Shown: positions 32,840 through 46,700 of the stretch, piece by piece
Position numbering within the stretch: position 1 is the first letter of the stretch
How the letters are laid out: each line of letters starts with the position of its first letter
Assembly: GCA_047495785.1 (NCBI GenBank)
Contig: JBLDXI010000019.1
Location: forward strand, 1,426,001-1,490,000
DNA: 64,000 bases
From: Lepidodermella squamata
Lineage: Eukaryota > Animalia > Gastrotricha
Reading direction: 5' to 3'
Made by a program: the position numbers and the translations under genes
Notes under the pieces: model-generated
Told to the model about the DNA's origin: nothing
What the model saw: only the letters and a program-made list of their open reading frames with translations
Database searches by the model: none

Positions 32840-33764
32840 GTCGGCAACTGGCGCTAACTCGCAGTGCAGCAACAACAACGACGGCAACTGTCCATCGTGT
32901 GACCGCACGTTCACCCATTACGAAAACAAAAGACGTTAAAATTGAATACGACCATGCCGTCGTACATTTTATTTGTTATTATCTTCTGTAGCATCATCAT
33001 CAGATTTTTTCGTTTGCCAAGGCGCGACGAAACAAAGCAAACAGTATATTATTATTATTATTACCGAGAGAATCGCGTCTCCTACAAAAACTGATTCGAA
33101 AATTCGAACGCTTCGGCGCTATTTACAAGCCTCAGGTATGGTAAGTAAAAATTAAGGAGGACTCGACAGTGTGGTGTAAATATACACGATCCACCTGTTC
33201 AGCTGCTGTTCTTTTGTACACAGAATCTATGGATTTTTTCGAAGAGCCAGCCGACTGAGAGAAACTACAACAAAATCAAAGATAGGCGATTGAACAAGAC
33301 AAAGCAACAACGTAATTTCTTAACATTATCATCAAATACATGATTATATCGCTGATATCATCATTATTATACTATATATATGAGAGGTAAAAGCGAAAAA
33401 GGCACAGAAAATTAAAGAGAAAATTAGTAATATTTAACCAGCGCAGCTGCAATCTTCAACAACGAACGGCCTCAAATTTTTATATAAATAACAAAATCGA
33501 GTGTTAAGACCGAAATAATTTTGATATAATTTTTGTGTTGCTTTACATGACTTTGAAATAATAACGACAATAATAATAATTGATCCGCATCGGGAAAAAA
33601 CCGACGGGCAAGACGGACGAGAGAGAGAGATGAAACAACGGACGAGATTCACACTAATTATTATTATTATCGCATTATTTTCATTAACGAGGTTAGATGT
33701 GGTTGTTGTAATGCTGATGGTAATTTTGCACATACAAGTTATTTTGGTTATTTCTGTTGAGGTA

Positions 33765-36700
33765 TTACACTCGAGATGTTATCGTGTGGGCTGTTGTTGA
33801 AGATTCAGCCTGCTGGCGTTGCGGCGACGTGGCTTGAACCGGCGGCCGCACTGCCGCGTACGGGTTCGTCGACGTCGCGGTTTGCATCAGCGATCGAACC
33901 GGCGATGATTGGTACGAAGCCGGCGCGCTCTGGCCGGTCCCTAGCCGCTGGTACGACAGGGCCCGGTCGTAGTTGGACGACGTGACGACATTCGAGGCGG
34001 ACGAGGCGTAACGGCCCATTAGGATCGAGGCGGACAGCGAGGTTGGCACCGGAGCTGGCACGGGGCGGGGTAAAATCGGTAGGGCGTGGTATTTTTCGAT
34101 GTTCTCCTGCTCTTCAATCGAATCGTTCAGTTTCGACAGATCGGCCTTGAGAGGCGACGAGGTGGGCGAGGGTGGCACTGGGAGCGGGTTAGCAAATACG
34201 ACGACGCCGAAATTCGATGTCTCGAGCACGACGCGAGATGGCGATTTGGTCAACCGCGCGACAGTTGGCGTTTTCACGGGGGTGGTCTCAGTCTCGGCCG
34301 GCAATGTCGGAGATGAGGCACGACGAGGTGTTTCGATCGGGCTCAGCTCGGGCCGTTGGTGAGGCGCACAAGCACGGCCGATATTCTTCTCGGGGGTCGA
34401 GGTAGCGGTTGGCCGAGAAGGAGCAGCCATCAAAAATTGAGCAGCAATCTGAAAATTAACAAAAAAATTAAATTTTGAAAAAATCCTCCTTAAAATATTT
34501 TATCAAATTTTTTGGAAAATGTCTCACCTTGACAGATTCGTATCCGCTTGACTGGTTCGATGCACCGGAGGGTGACTGCGAATCGTGAGGGCCGATCGAA
34601 GTTCCTGATACGCACATGCCGTTAGTCGATGAGGACGACGATCCCATCATGAGCTTGTTCGAGTTCTGCGGAACCATCAGCAGTTGCGGTTGATGCGACG
34701 CGGATGAAACGGAACACCTCAGGTGTTGCATGCCAACTGTAGCGTAGGACGAAAACCCGCCATGGCAGCTCTGCGAAGAAATTGGCGGTTTCGACGGTAG
34801 AAACTTCTCCGCGCTATGAAAAACCATCTCGTTCTCCGCCGATTCAACGTCACCTATCGCCAACGCGGCGCCGGCTGACGATGAAACCGAACCAGTCTGT
34901 TGCGGCAACGTGTTCTGCCCGTTCGGCTGGATGTCAGTTATCGGCCGGCGGACTTGCGCGTTGGACGCAATGCCCTTGAGGAATGACAGGACGATTTTCG
35001 CCGGGGTCGACGCGTTCGCAGTCATCGACGGCGAATCCATCTGCCCGCCGCTGATTTTAAACGACTCGGTCACGCACGGGCCGTGGTCGGCCAACATCGA
35101 CGCGGTATCTTCGTTATCGGACGGGATGATCGGCGGCGCACCGTTTTGCGGCTTCGTTGTCGCGTCCATTTCATTCGGACTCGAATTGCCCGTCCCGTTG
35201 TTCTGGCTATTCGAGCCGCTGTTCAACGGCGCAATGCCCGAATGGGCGACTGAGCAATCTGAGGCGACAGACGTCGGGTGGAACATTGACGGCGGGTTTT
35301 GACTAGGGTTGCTGCCGGAATGAACAGAACTCGTGCCCGAGGTAACGGTCGGTGCGCCTTGCGACGAACTTTGAGCCGGGATTCGCTGGTTAATCTGGCG
35401 TTTCTGCACCAACAACTGCTCGGCTTTATCCGCCGCAATCGGCCCGGACATGACCGAGCCGCCGCTTGAAATCGACGTGCCCGAGGCTGAGGTTGGCCGA
35501 GGCGCGGCCGGGCAGGCCATTCGCATGATTTGCTGCTGATGCAACCGAACAGCCGCGTCTGTCGCGAACGCCGTGTCATCGACGGCGCGAAGAGCTCGGT
35601 GGTACTTCTTCCACGTCTGGCATTTGTAGTCCGAAACTGACAACGTGTCATCCGACCGCGTTCGGTATAACCTTTGTCCGGGCGGTTGGTTCTGCTGCCG
35701 TTGTTGGTACATGTGTTGAACCGAGGGTTGTTGAGGTGGTTGATACATTTGTTGAGGCGGATAAATCGGCTGTTGTTGCTCGAATGGTTGTTGTTGTTGA
35801 AATTGCTGCTGTTGCTGCTGAGCGAAAGGATGCGCCCCGCGATACGACCCGCCCATCATCGGATTCGCCCGGAAATTGCCCGGTTGCTGTTGCTGTTGCT
35901 GATAGCCGCCGTAGCCCCGCTGCAGTGTCACCCTCGCCTGTTCATCCATCAACATTTGCTGCTGTTGCGCTTGAATCGCTTGTTGTTGCGCTAGAATTTC
36001 TTCAGCTGCATTCGGCGGAACTGGCGGCTGGTTCTGCTTTTTCGAGTTGCCCTTGAAATGCGACAGTTTCGTCACCAGGGCGTCGAAACGCCGCTCAACC
36101 CACGAGAACATTGATTTGCCCGATTTTTGCGCCGGCTTCGTCGACGGCGCCCCCGCGGCGAACGCCACGGTTTTGCCGCTGGTTGTCGAATCTTTGCCCG
36201 ATTTGCTCGCTTTCGAGACTGGTTGCAGCGTTTGCGGCTGCAACGGCTGGCCAGTCGCATCGAACCCGCCTAACACGTGAACTTGGCCGTCGGACGGGAA
36301 GAACTGCTGTTGCTGCGGCTGCGGCGGTAACATCGGCCTCGCGGCGTAGGAAATCGGCGCCACTGTACCCGGGTAGCCCATCGGAGCCTGGTTTCGGCCG
36401 TCGAAGTAGAACACGCCATCCGTCGACCGGCCGCCGGCTGACGGGTGTTGATGGCAGTAACGCAGCGAGCCGTACGGGTCCATTTGAACTTGCGGCTGTT
36501 GCTTCACGCCTGGCCGGGTTGACGGCACGAGGTTGAAGAACGGCGCGCCCTGTTGGCCAGTGCCCTGGTTTTGCCAGGTTCCAAAGTCGTTTTGATAAGG
36601 CAGAGGACTGCCGGGTGGTTGCTGCATCATCCACTGTTGCGATGCTTGCTGCGGGCCGCGCATGAACGATGCGATAAGTGTTGCGATTTCAGAGAAGTTT

Positions 36701-38455
36701 TTACGAGAGGCGACCTGGACCGGGGTGTCGCCGGCGCGGTTTCGCAGCGTCGGGTCGGCACCAGCGTCGAGAAGTAACCGAACAACATTTCGATGGCGGA
36801 AAGCGGCGCAGAGATGAAGCGGCGTGTCGCCAGTTCGGTTGGTCGACGATAGGAGGGCGATGTTTGACGAGGCCCCGCCGAGACCACCCCGGGCGGACAT
36901 AGCCCCAGACAGGGCGCCGGAACCTCCCCCACCGAGCACACCGGCGAGAAGGACTCGAACGACGCCGGCTGAGCCGTAACGAGCTGCGACGTGGAGGACA
37001 GTATCGCCGTGGTTGTTGCGAGATTCGACAACGGCGCCCGCGTACAACAGGATGCGGGAACACTGGTTGTGGCCGTATTGAGCAGCCATGTGAAGGGGCG
37101 TATTCAATTCCTGAATTTGAAAAAAAACATGTTAAAAAGTCCGCCTTAATTTTATATTTGCTCAATATTTCTGTTTCATCATTCCCTACGGTTAAGATAT
37201 CACAACACTACTTCGCGAATAAATCGTTACGCAAACGATTAGTGTAAATTTAATCTCGAGACATTTACTTTTAACCTATTTAAACGTGACCTTTTAAGTC
37301 GCAATGTCCCTCGTCGAGATGGTATTTGATTTCAATGAGGCGATTACATTACTTGATGTCAGTTTGCACAGTAACCGAGAGACATCTTATGTTTCACTGC
37401 ATAAGAAATGTCCCTCGCAACGTTTTCACGCGTTGATTCAAAAAATTTCGTAATTACGTCGTTCAGGGCAAAATGTCTCTCGCTCACCTTGTTTACAATG
37501 GCGATATTAGCCTTGGCGTGAATCAAAAGCTTAAGAGTCTGGCTGAAGCCGCGTGCCGCCGCCTCGTGAACGGCCGTATTGCCGGTCTGTAAATCAAAGC
37601 AAAACGAACGTTTCTTACAATAAAAAGAGCCAATTACAAGCATCGCTCAATAACTCACGTCGAAATTCTGTTTGTCAACAGTGGCCGGACAGCCGTGGGC
37701 GAGCAGCAAGCGCACGACTTCAAGGTGTCCGTAACGAGCCGCGTAATAAAGGGGCGGCGAGCCATCCTATGTAGGTAAACAAAACATGACAAATTATTAT
37801 TAGCGTTTCGGGAGATAATTGCGCGTACGCCCCGCCGCCAAAGCCAATCCACCTTAAGACGCGCAAGCAAAAACGGCCAAAAACTTACGCAATCTTCGCC
37901 GTCAACGTTGCAGCCGGTTTGCAGGAGCAGCGCGACAACTTGCTGCTGGCCGGACATGGCGGCGCAGTGCAGCGGCGTACGGCCCGAGTCGTCGCTGAAA
38001 TCCGGCGTCACGCCGGCTTCGAAGACGAGGTGCCGCACGCGGCTGAGATCGCCGGCGGCCGCGGCTTCGTGCAGCTGGCTGGCGCTGTTGTTAGTCGAGC
38101 CGCCGCAGCTAGCCGCTAACGTGCGAACGTTAGCAACAGGATTTGACGTAGTAACGGGTTGAGACGTCGACGAGACGCCGCCGCGCGGCCGCGAATTCGA
38201 CGCCTGTCTTTGATTTGTTGCAGCGCCGCCGCCGCCGCCTGTCGAGCCGATGCGAACTGAAAATCGGTGCGGTGCCGTGCGTTGATTGATCATATTCTGC
38301 GGCGGCGGGTAGTCGATAAGGCCGCCGAAACCGCTAACGCTGCTCGCCGCGTCAACGTTGTCCATGTCGTAGGTAGCGTCGACCATCGAATCCGGCTCCG
38401 GCATCAACAACCCACCACCGTGGTGGAGGTGATGATGATGATGAGGCGCCGTCAT
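33765..38455 (-). CDS. ANKRD6: Ankyrin repeat domain 6 (Diversin/Diego-like), 5 exons (38455-37889, 37766-37659, 37586-37488, 37110-34528, 34448-33765)
   Basis: Ankyrin repeats [40 protein letters not shown] and [11 protein letters not shown] resemble ANKRD6. Long Q/S/P-rich tail; the C-terminal -SRV fits a class I PDZ-binding motif. Confidence 0.8.
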
Positions 38456-41400
38456 GGTGGTAACAAAACGAATAAAATTTAACACGTGGGAGCAACAACT
38501 AATTAATTAAAAATCTAAAATACTCCTCCCTGTTAAGCAAGCGAACAAATAGAAGAAATTAATTTTCAACAGATCGAAAGCGTTGATTATGGTGGCCGAG
38601 TTAGTGTGGCAGTCACGCAATGCTCAGCAACAATGGACGCGTAAACAAGATGATAGGCGAGATAAGGTGTGTGGCGTTCTAGCTCGCGGTTTTCTATCAC
38701 TGGCGCCATCGCAACGCCATGCGTGAAACGTGACGGAGCGTTGAATTAGCACCAAATTTAGGGATAAATAGGAATATCACAATTGAATCAATGGTCTGAT
38801 AAAAAAACTTAATTTAGCAACGCACTCCAAAATAAGAAAAACTCCACCTTAAAATAACTTGAATGATCTAAATTTAGAAACTCACAATGAGGTAGCAAAA
38901 TTTTGAGAATCACGTGGAAGTAGAAAAACAGTGCACTGCTCGAAAACATGGACATTCGTGTTGAACAAAACGATTAACACAAGACTAATCTCAAGATCTA
39001 TGCAAGGAACAGGCGTAAGAGGAGTGCGGGAAGAAGAGTCGAAGCGGATCGCATCGAACATGATACGACGAGCGATGGGCGAGTTTGCATTGATTCAACT
39101 CAATCTGGGACGAGTGGAGTTTTAATTCCGGCCGCGTAATACACCAACACATACACGCACACACAGTGCACACGTTACGAGCAGCAAATCCTGTGCGTGC
39201 GCGCTCCCGCTGCGCGTCTCGAGTGGGTAAAAGAGCCGTTCGCCATTAATCCGCAGTGTCAACTACTGTAGAGCGAGCGAGCGAACGAACGAACGAACGG
39301 TTGCGAATAGCCTCGCCCAAACGTACCTGCACACGCAACGCACAGACGCAAGTTTGGGTGGGCGCGCGATGACACCCTACATCATTGTTGAAAATAAACA
39401 AAGTTTAGTGAAGCGCACCGCCCAAAAGCAAGGTGAATCATCATCTCATTTCTCTCAATTGACAATGCGAAATATTTGATTGACGATAAAACTCGACGAC
39501 GACGACATGCTAATGTAGCCAGGTGGCCGTGTAACTGTAGATACCTAGGCAGGGTGCCAACTGTCCTGGGTAAATTGGCGCAATAATTTATGCCAAATAA
39601 TAATACTAATAATACTAATAATTATACCCTACATTAATCGTCCTGTGTAACGGTTTTCAAAAAGTCAAAAATACCTCGCGCAATAAAACCGTTAGACGCG
39701 CGCTTCGTTGAATTATTGAAGCGACGCTCGCGCGCGCGCGAGAAATAAAAATAACAAAAATTATTTCCGCTGTTTTGCTTATTTACAATAAATAAGCGAT
39801 TGGAGTAACTTCTGAGGGGAAAAACGACGCTAATTTGCCAGTCAAAAGGATTGTTGTAATTTGTCGACACGCGTGCCGGGGACAAAAGTGGCTGCTTTGA
39901 GAAAAATCATCAAGACAAAACGAACAAACGGCCGGGAAGGAACAACATCGTCGCTTCGAGGGTGCGATACTACGACAAAACGCGTAAACAAAACGAGAAA
40001 ACGGGCGTTGAGCACAGCGGGTAAGAAGTTATACACATTAGCACAATCATTACACATGTATAGAATAACATTTTAGTGGCTGCTTGAGAGCGCGCAGGAA
40101 TTTCATCAGGCTCGTGCGCTGCGCTTGTCGAGTGTAGAAAGAAGATATTCGCAAATTGCCAGCCAGCGAGCAGCTACACGAAAATTGCGCAACTATCGCT
40201 AATAGCCGCAATAATATTTAACCAAAATATAGCAGGTAGCTTCGTAATCGGTTTACTGTGAAGAGCTAGATAAACGGGTTAGTTTACCACCACCTGGTAA
40301 TAATGATGAACTGGTAACAAGAAGACGAGACGCAGGTAAGAGCGTGCTTAGCAAAAGTGACGACGTGCACTCCAACGGTCTGCTAAAGTAAAGTTTATTA
40401 AAACTCATTAGGTCTGCATGTGAGCAAGTGCGTGTGCGAATGGGACACGCGGCCCATCCTTGCGTGATGCGCGAATTTCGCGCGCGCGCTTCACCGCACC
40501 CGCCTCTAGTCGTCGTCGCTTCCGATGACTAGAAGCAAGCAGCTGCTACTTACCACCGGGCGGAACAACAATAGGCGCAATTAAAACTCGCGAATTATTT
40601 AACCCGAAATGTCCCGCCCGCGATAAACGGCAAGTCAGCAGCGGCGATCAAGTATTGGAATTTCACCTGCGTGGGACTACGATATAAAGCACGCGTCAAA
40701 TTGATAAGTAATAGAACTACTTGACAAGTTATGTAAACTCTTGAACTCTGGGGTGGCCTGGAGCGTTAATGAGGGTGAGCAAAGTGAACGTTCACACACT
40801 AATAATGCAGTGTGGCCAGGAAGAAATCAGGGAAACGGCAGGGCGCCGGGTGGTCCGAACACTCACAACCATAACATTTATATTACGGTCGCCGAGTGGT
40901 TATCACAACGTAGACAACGTGCCTGGTGCTTGTCGCTCAAGTTGGTGAAGAAACAGAGCAAGCAAACATACCTGTTTTCTTAACAACAAAACCCATTCTG
41001 TAGTCAAGATTGGCAGGTAGATGAAGCGCGCGCGCGCGCATAATTTTGCACCCGGTAATTTTTATGCTGATGTGCGAATTTACGGTTATGACGAATGTTG
41101 TTTGGAAACAAACACTTGACACACGCAAAATAAATCTCTCTCGTAATCGCATAAAACAACACATTGTGATTCGAAGTGACTAGTCCTCTAACAGTAATAA
41201 GCATAGCTATAAAAATTATACCATCTGGCAAAAATTTAGGCCATCGATTCATTAATGCTACGTAATACGTAAGCCACTGGTCAACGGGCATTTGTCTAGA
41301 AAAACACAATCGCATGGGCAAGTCACACGCCCTGTCAAAATGCTCGTGCGAAAAGGGTAACAAAAAATGCACTCAATGACGCATCAGCGCAATTACCAAT

Positions 41401-43267
41401 AAAAAGCATTACGCCGGCAAAACTTGCAAGACCGGGGCTACTAATTACAGTTGAACGATTGGCAAAATAGGTGAACCAGCGATAAATTTATTGTTAATCG
41501 TTAAATTAATCCAAAAATTCATCTTTTTATTTTCAAATAAAGCGAAGGAGATAATAGCGAATAATTTTTCAATTTTTGGTGAAAAATGCATAATTAATTA
41601 GAGTGTCCCTTCAGCTAATGATTCATCAACCGCAGAGCTCACCGTCTACTAAATAGCCATTAGAAAAATACCGTAAAATTAAAAAAAAATAACCGGATAA
41701 GGCAAATTAAATAAACAAACAAATATTTAAGCAAAGCATCACCCCAAAAGCGGTCTTCATACAAAATTGTTGGATTCCAGATTTAACGGAGACCAAGGTA
41801 ATAATATAAATAGAAACGGTGAAATTCTGAAGGTGGAAAATGCATAAGCTCAACCTTTTGTGTTCATTATTTTCAATAAGTATGCGAAGAGGAAATATTT
41901 GCTGAAAAAGCGGCAACCTAAATTACAAATCAGAAATCTCTCGAGTTGAAAGAAAATCGCTGTAAGATTTGCAACACACCGCCTCAAAAAAACGGGCAGT
42001 TTATGGAAAGGCTCGAGGATTCGGCAGCAAAACACTATACTTGATGATAACGTCATTTGTATGATTTCAAACCGAAGATTTTTTAGCGTTTGAAAAATCA
42101 TTGCGAAATTCGGAATGTGAAAGCCGGAAAAGATGTTGAAAAAAATGGAATTTTATACTCTAGCAGAGTAAACCAGACTGCTTGGCCGAAACAATTGATC
42201 GAGAATCTTTTTGTCATATTTAGCGTTTAGCGATTGGGAGACACATTTCAAAGATAAAATAGTCACGGAATAATTACTCACGAACAGGTAAAGAAAAATG
42301 CTATTTGCCCAATTGCGATATTAGTATAAACAATTTCGCCTATGCTTTAGATATTACACAACAATAACGACTGCCGATTATCAACGTTAAAGCTAGATAT
42401 GAGCATAAAATCATTGGTATGTTGAATAGGTCATTCGTTAGCATAGGGTGCCGAAGGAGCAACTGGCAAGAACATTATTTTATGATTTATGAGCACTTGG
42501 TAGTCGGGTCTGATACGGAGGCAAAACTAAGGCTGGATGCAAGATATTCTAGCGACAAACAGCTTCAGCGGACAACCAACGCTTTCCTATTTCTGCTTCT
42601 CACTGCATACAGCAAGGTTCAAGGTCCACAATGACACGAAATACAATAAATTCTCGATAACCTCGATCATGAAAAAGGCAATAGGCAATAACAACCAAAA
42701 ACTTTGATTCAACTGATACAGAGTACAAATTATTCCAATGCTAGTAAGACATGGACCATGTCAAAAGGAAATTGAATATTATCCGTAACTAATTCCGCCG
42801 GATTTTTAACTCAACTTTTGACGGCTGAGACCATTGATGGTTTCCTTCAAACACAAATTTGGATGAGATGGCCAAGGGCAATGCACAAGATCTTGCACAA
42901 GATGGTGCGTGAAAACTGTCTATTCAATTAGGTTAAGTATTGTTATTGAATTTCTCGTCAGAATCGAAGACCCATAACCAATATAAGAAGAAACATTTGG
43001 TGCTTGGCGAGACAGATTTACGTACGGTTTTTCTCGCACCCGCCAAATATTTGAAATTCAAGTTTACCGGTAACTTAAATTTTTTCAAACATATTACATT
43101 GTATAAACAATTTATATATTGGTATTGATTTTTCTATGGAATCTATATTGTATTATAATAAAGCGGCAAATTTGAACTTTTGATCGCTTGCATCGCGCGG
43201 GGTTTGCTTCTCGGAGATTGGGCTAACAGCTGATGGGTTGTTCCAGAGTGCAGAGGCCGGTGGTGCA

Positions 43268-43298
43268 GGGAACAGGGTGCAGGGTGTGGGGTGTAGGG
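43268..43298 (+). repeat. 7-bp-period G-tract repeat (potential G-quadruplex) upstream of POLA1
   Basis: GGG AACA GGG TGCA GGG TGT GGGG TGTA GGG. Confidence 0.6.
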
Positions 43299-43703
43299 CG
43301 TAAGGTACGCGTCTATCCCCGTATTTTCCTTTCTTTGTTGCTCTAAACAAGTTAGCAAAGTTTCTGCCGATTGTCGATATGTTCTTCTGTTGTCCAATTG
43401 GAATGCAGAAAGCAATTATTACATTATTTTGTTATTTGTCTCTTGGCATCAGTTTCAAGTTGCAGCAACGATTCGACTGTTAGGTGTTCAGTATCTTTTT
43501 AATTCTCGCGTACATTCAAGGGATAGTCCATGTTCGTCTTGCTGTGCTTGTGTTTTTGCAATTTGCTAGTGACTTGTCATGAACCCAATAAAGGCTTTGT
43601 GTTAATCATGTTTTGAAGTTTCTCCATTCCAAAAATGCTTTTTTAAAAAGTGAACCTTCTATCTTGTATAGTCATATTTAATTGATTCATAAATTGCTGA
43701 AAT

Positions 43704-46700
43704 ATGGATCCTGATGACGTGGATGACTCGATTGAGGTGAAGAGACCTCGCCGTGCTCCGAAAACCAGAGGCACTGGTGCTGGCTTTAATGATGCTCTTG
43801 AACGTCTCCGTCAAGCTAAACAAAGTGGATCGAAGAATAAACACGTGGTTATTGACGAAAAACCAGTCTATGACTACGTGAGTGAAGATAAATATTCAAG
43901 AATGGTTGAAGACAGACAAAATGATGACTGGGTAGTTGATGATGGTATCGCTGAAGGATATGCCGATGACGGCCGAGAAATCTTCGAAGATGATGAAGTC
44001 GACGATTATGAAGATAGACAGCGTCGTAAATCATTGAAGGAGAAGAACTCTGAAGCGGCTGCTGCCAAGAAAAATCCGCATATAATGAAGCCGAATGAAG
44101 ACCCTGTGCATTCTGCTAACATCAAATCGCTTTTCGAGAAAAGTGCTTCTAACATGAAAAAGCGTAAAAAGGAGAAGGAAGCGGACCTTGACAACGCGGA
44201 TGATATATTGGGTGATATTCTCGGAGAATTAAGGCAACAACCCGCTGCAATTCCGACTTCCCATGTGCCGAAACCGATCAGTCATTACAAACCGGCACCT
44301 GTGCCAATCGTTCACTCAGAGGCATCGAGGCCTAGAAATGTTTTTGCAACGAAGCCTTCTTCCTTAGCTCCTATCAAGGCTCAACCAATCGAAGTTGAAA
44401 AAATTGAATCAAGGCCGATGGACTATGATGAGCCGGCTGTAATGCCATACACGGAAGAAAGCACAGATTTTGATCCTGCTCTTTTGTCTTCGATCGCCGC
44501 CGAATGTGAGGAACCAACTGTGGTCAAATGTGAAGCCACTACAGCAAGTCAGCAGACGAATACTTTCAAAGAGGCAGCGAAACCGGCCATGCCTTCATTC
44601 TCAACTTCAGACAACACATTCGTCGACAATTTTGCAGAACAACAACAAAGCTATTCGGATTTAAACGTCGATGCGTCTAATCTCCCGCTAGTTACGAACA
44701 GCTCTGACGAAAAGGTGATGCGTGTCTATTGGTATGATGCTTATGAAGATACGATGGCGCGAAGCTCTCACGTCTACATTTTCGGAAAAACCTACGTTGA
44801 ATCGTTGTCTCGCTATGCAAGCGTGTGTTTGGTCGTGAAAAATGTTGAGCGACGTTTGTACGTTTTGCCTCGCGAAGGATACAGCTTTTTAGATTGCCGA
44901 GAAGAAATCTCGCAACTACTCGCTTCGAAAAAGATCATGCGAGAGCGGTACAACAAGCGAGAGCTGGGCCATGTTTCAACGTTTGACGACCCTGATATCC
45001 CCGCGTCAGCTCAATATCTTGAAGTCCGTTACCCGGCTGAATTCCCGCCTCTCCCCAGCGATTTATCCGGTCGCACGTTTTCTCGAATTTTCGGAACTAG
45101 CTCAAGTGGTCTTGAAATCCTGTTCGTTGAAAAGAAAATGAAAGGCCCGTGTTGGATTGATATTAAAAATCCGTTGCCACCTCCGTCTGCGGCCGCGAAG
45201 GTTAGCTGGTGCAAATTTGAAGTTCACGTCAATGAGACGAAAAATCTCTCAGTTTACATTCCACCTCCTGATGCAAAACCTAACGCATCCCGCCCGCCAG
45301 ATTTCACGCTGCTATCTCTTTCTTTCCGATTCTTGTCGAAATCTAGCGTAAAAAGTGCGTCGCAGTCGAACCAGCACACTCAGTCTGAAATTGTTAGCGT
45401 CACGGGTTTGATCCATACCGGCTTCAGGTTTGACCGACCGGCCCCGAACCCGCCATTCCAGGAGCAGTTCACAATCATCACTCAGCCCAGTGATTGCCGT
45501 ATGCCTGTCGATTTCAAAGACGCCGTGAAAAGCCGATTGCCTGGTATCAAAGTCGATACAGTCCCGAATGAACGCGCCCTTCTCAGCTTGTTTGTCCAAA
45601 AACTCGCCAAGTACGACCCGGACATTATAGTAGCTCACGATTTCAACGGCTACCAGCTTGACACCCTGCTAAACCGGTAAATATTATTCCTTTAGTTCAA
45701 TTATCGGTTTATCAATGATTTTTAGGTTTGCTGTCGATAAGGTACCTGCCTGGTCGCGAATCGGTGCCCTTGTGCGACCCGTTGTACCCCGGCATGGTCA
45801 ACCGGGTCGTCACCACGTGACCAGCGGCCGTTTGATCTGCGACATCCTGCACATCGCAAAAGAGCTCGTTCGTCTACGAAGTTATGACCTGACGGAACTA
45901 GCCGGCTCCCTTCTCAGCAAACATCGAGTCGTTTTCGAGCCAGAACACGTTGCGATGGCCTATGGCAACTCCGCTTCACTGATCGACCTGCTGAAATCTG
46001 GCTTGGATGATGCTGATTCAGTTCTGAAAATTGCGTATGAACTGAGCGCATTGCCCTTGGCTAATCAACTATCGCAAATTTGTGGCTGTTTGCTGTCTCG
46101 AGTTATGGCCGGTGGCCGGTCTGAACGTAACGAATGGCTGCTGCTCCACGCTTTTGCTGATCGTGGTTTCATTCCTCCTGAGAAACAAAACCCGTTCAAA
46201 CAGACCGGAAAAGGCCGCCGACCCGCCGCCCCGGCTGATGATGACAGTGAGGATGAGGAAAACGCACCGGCAAAGGCCGGTAAAAATGCGGGAAAGAGAA
46301 AACCGGCGTACGCTGGTGGTCTCGTTTTAGAGCCGAAGAAAGGCTTCTATGACAAGTTCATCCTACTGCTTGATTTCAACTCGCTGTACCCGTCTATCAT
46401 TCAAGAGTTCAACATTTGTTTCACGACTGTTGCGAAACAGGTGAATGTGAAGGGTGAGCCGGGTCATCATGCGAAACCAGAACCGGTGGTTAAATCTGAA
46501 CCGATTGTTAAGGAGGAGCCGGAGGTTAAGGATGAAGCAACAGATGGGGCAAACGCTGCGGACGAAATCGACGAGGTGGCCAATTTGATCCTGCCTGGTA
46601 GCAACGTGGCTGCCGGGGTCTTACCTTCAGTCCTTCGAACCTTGGTTCAGTCTCGTCAAGAGGTAATTTTAGGCTTATTTGACATTTTTCGAGTTTTTCG

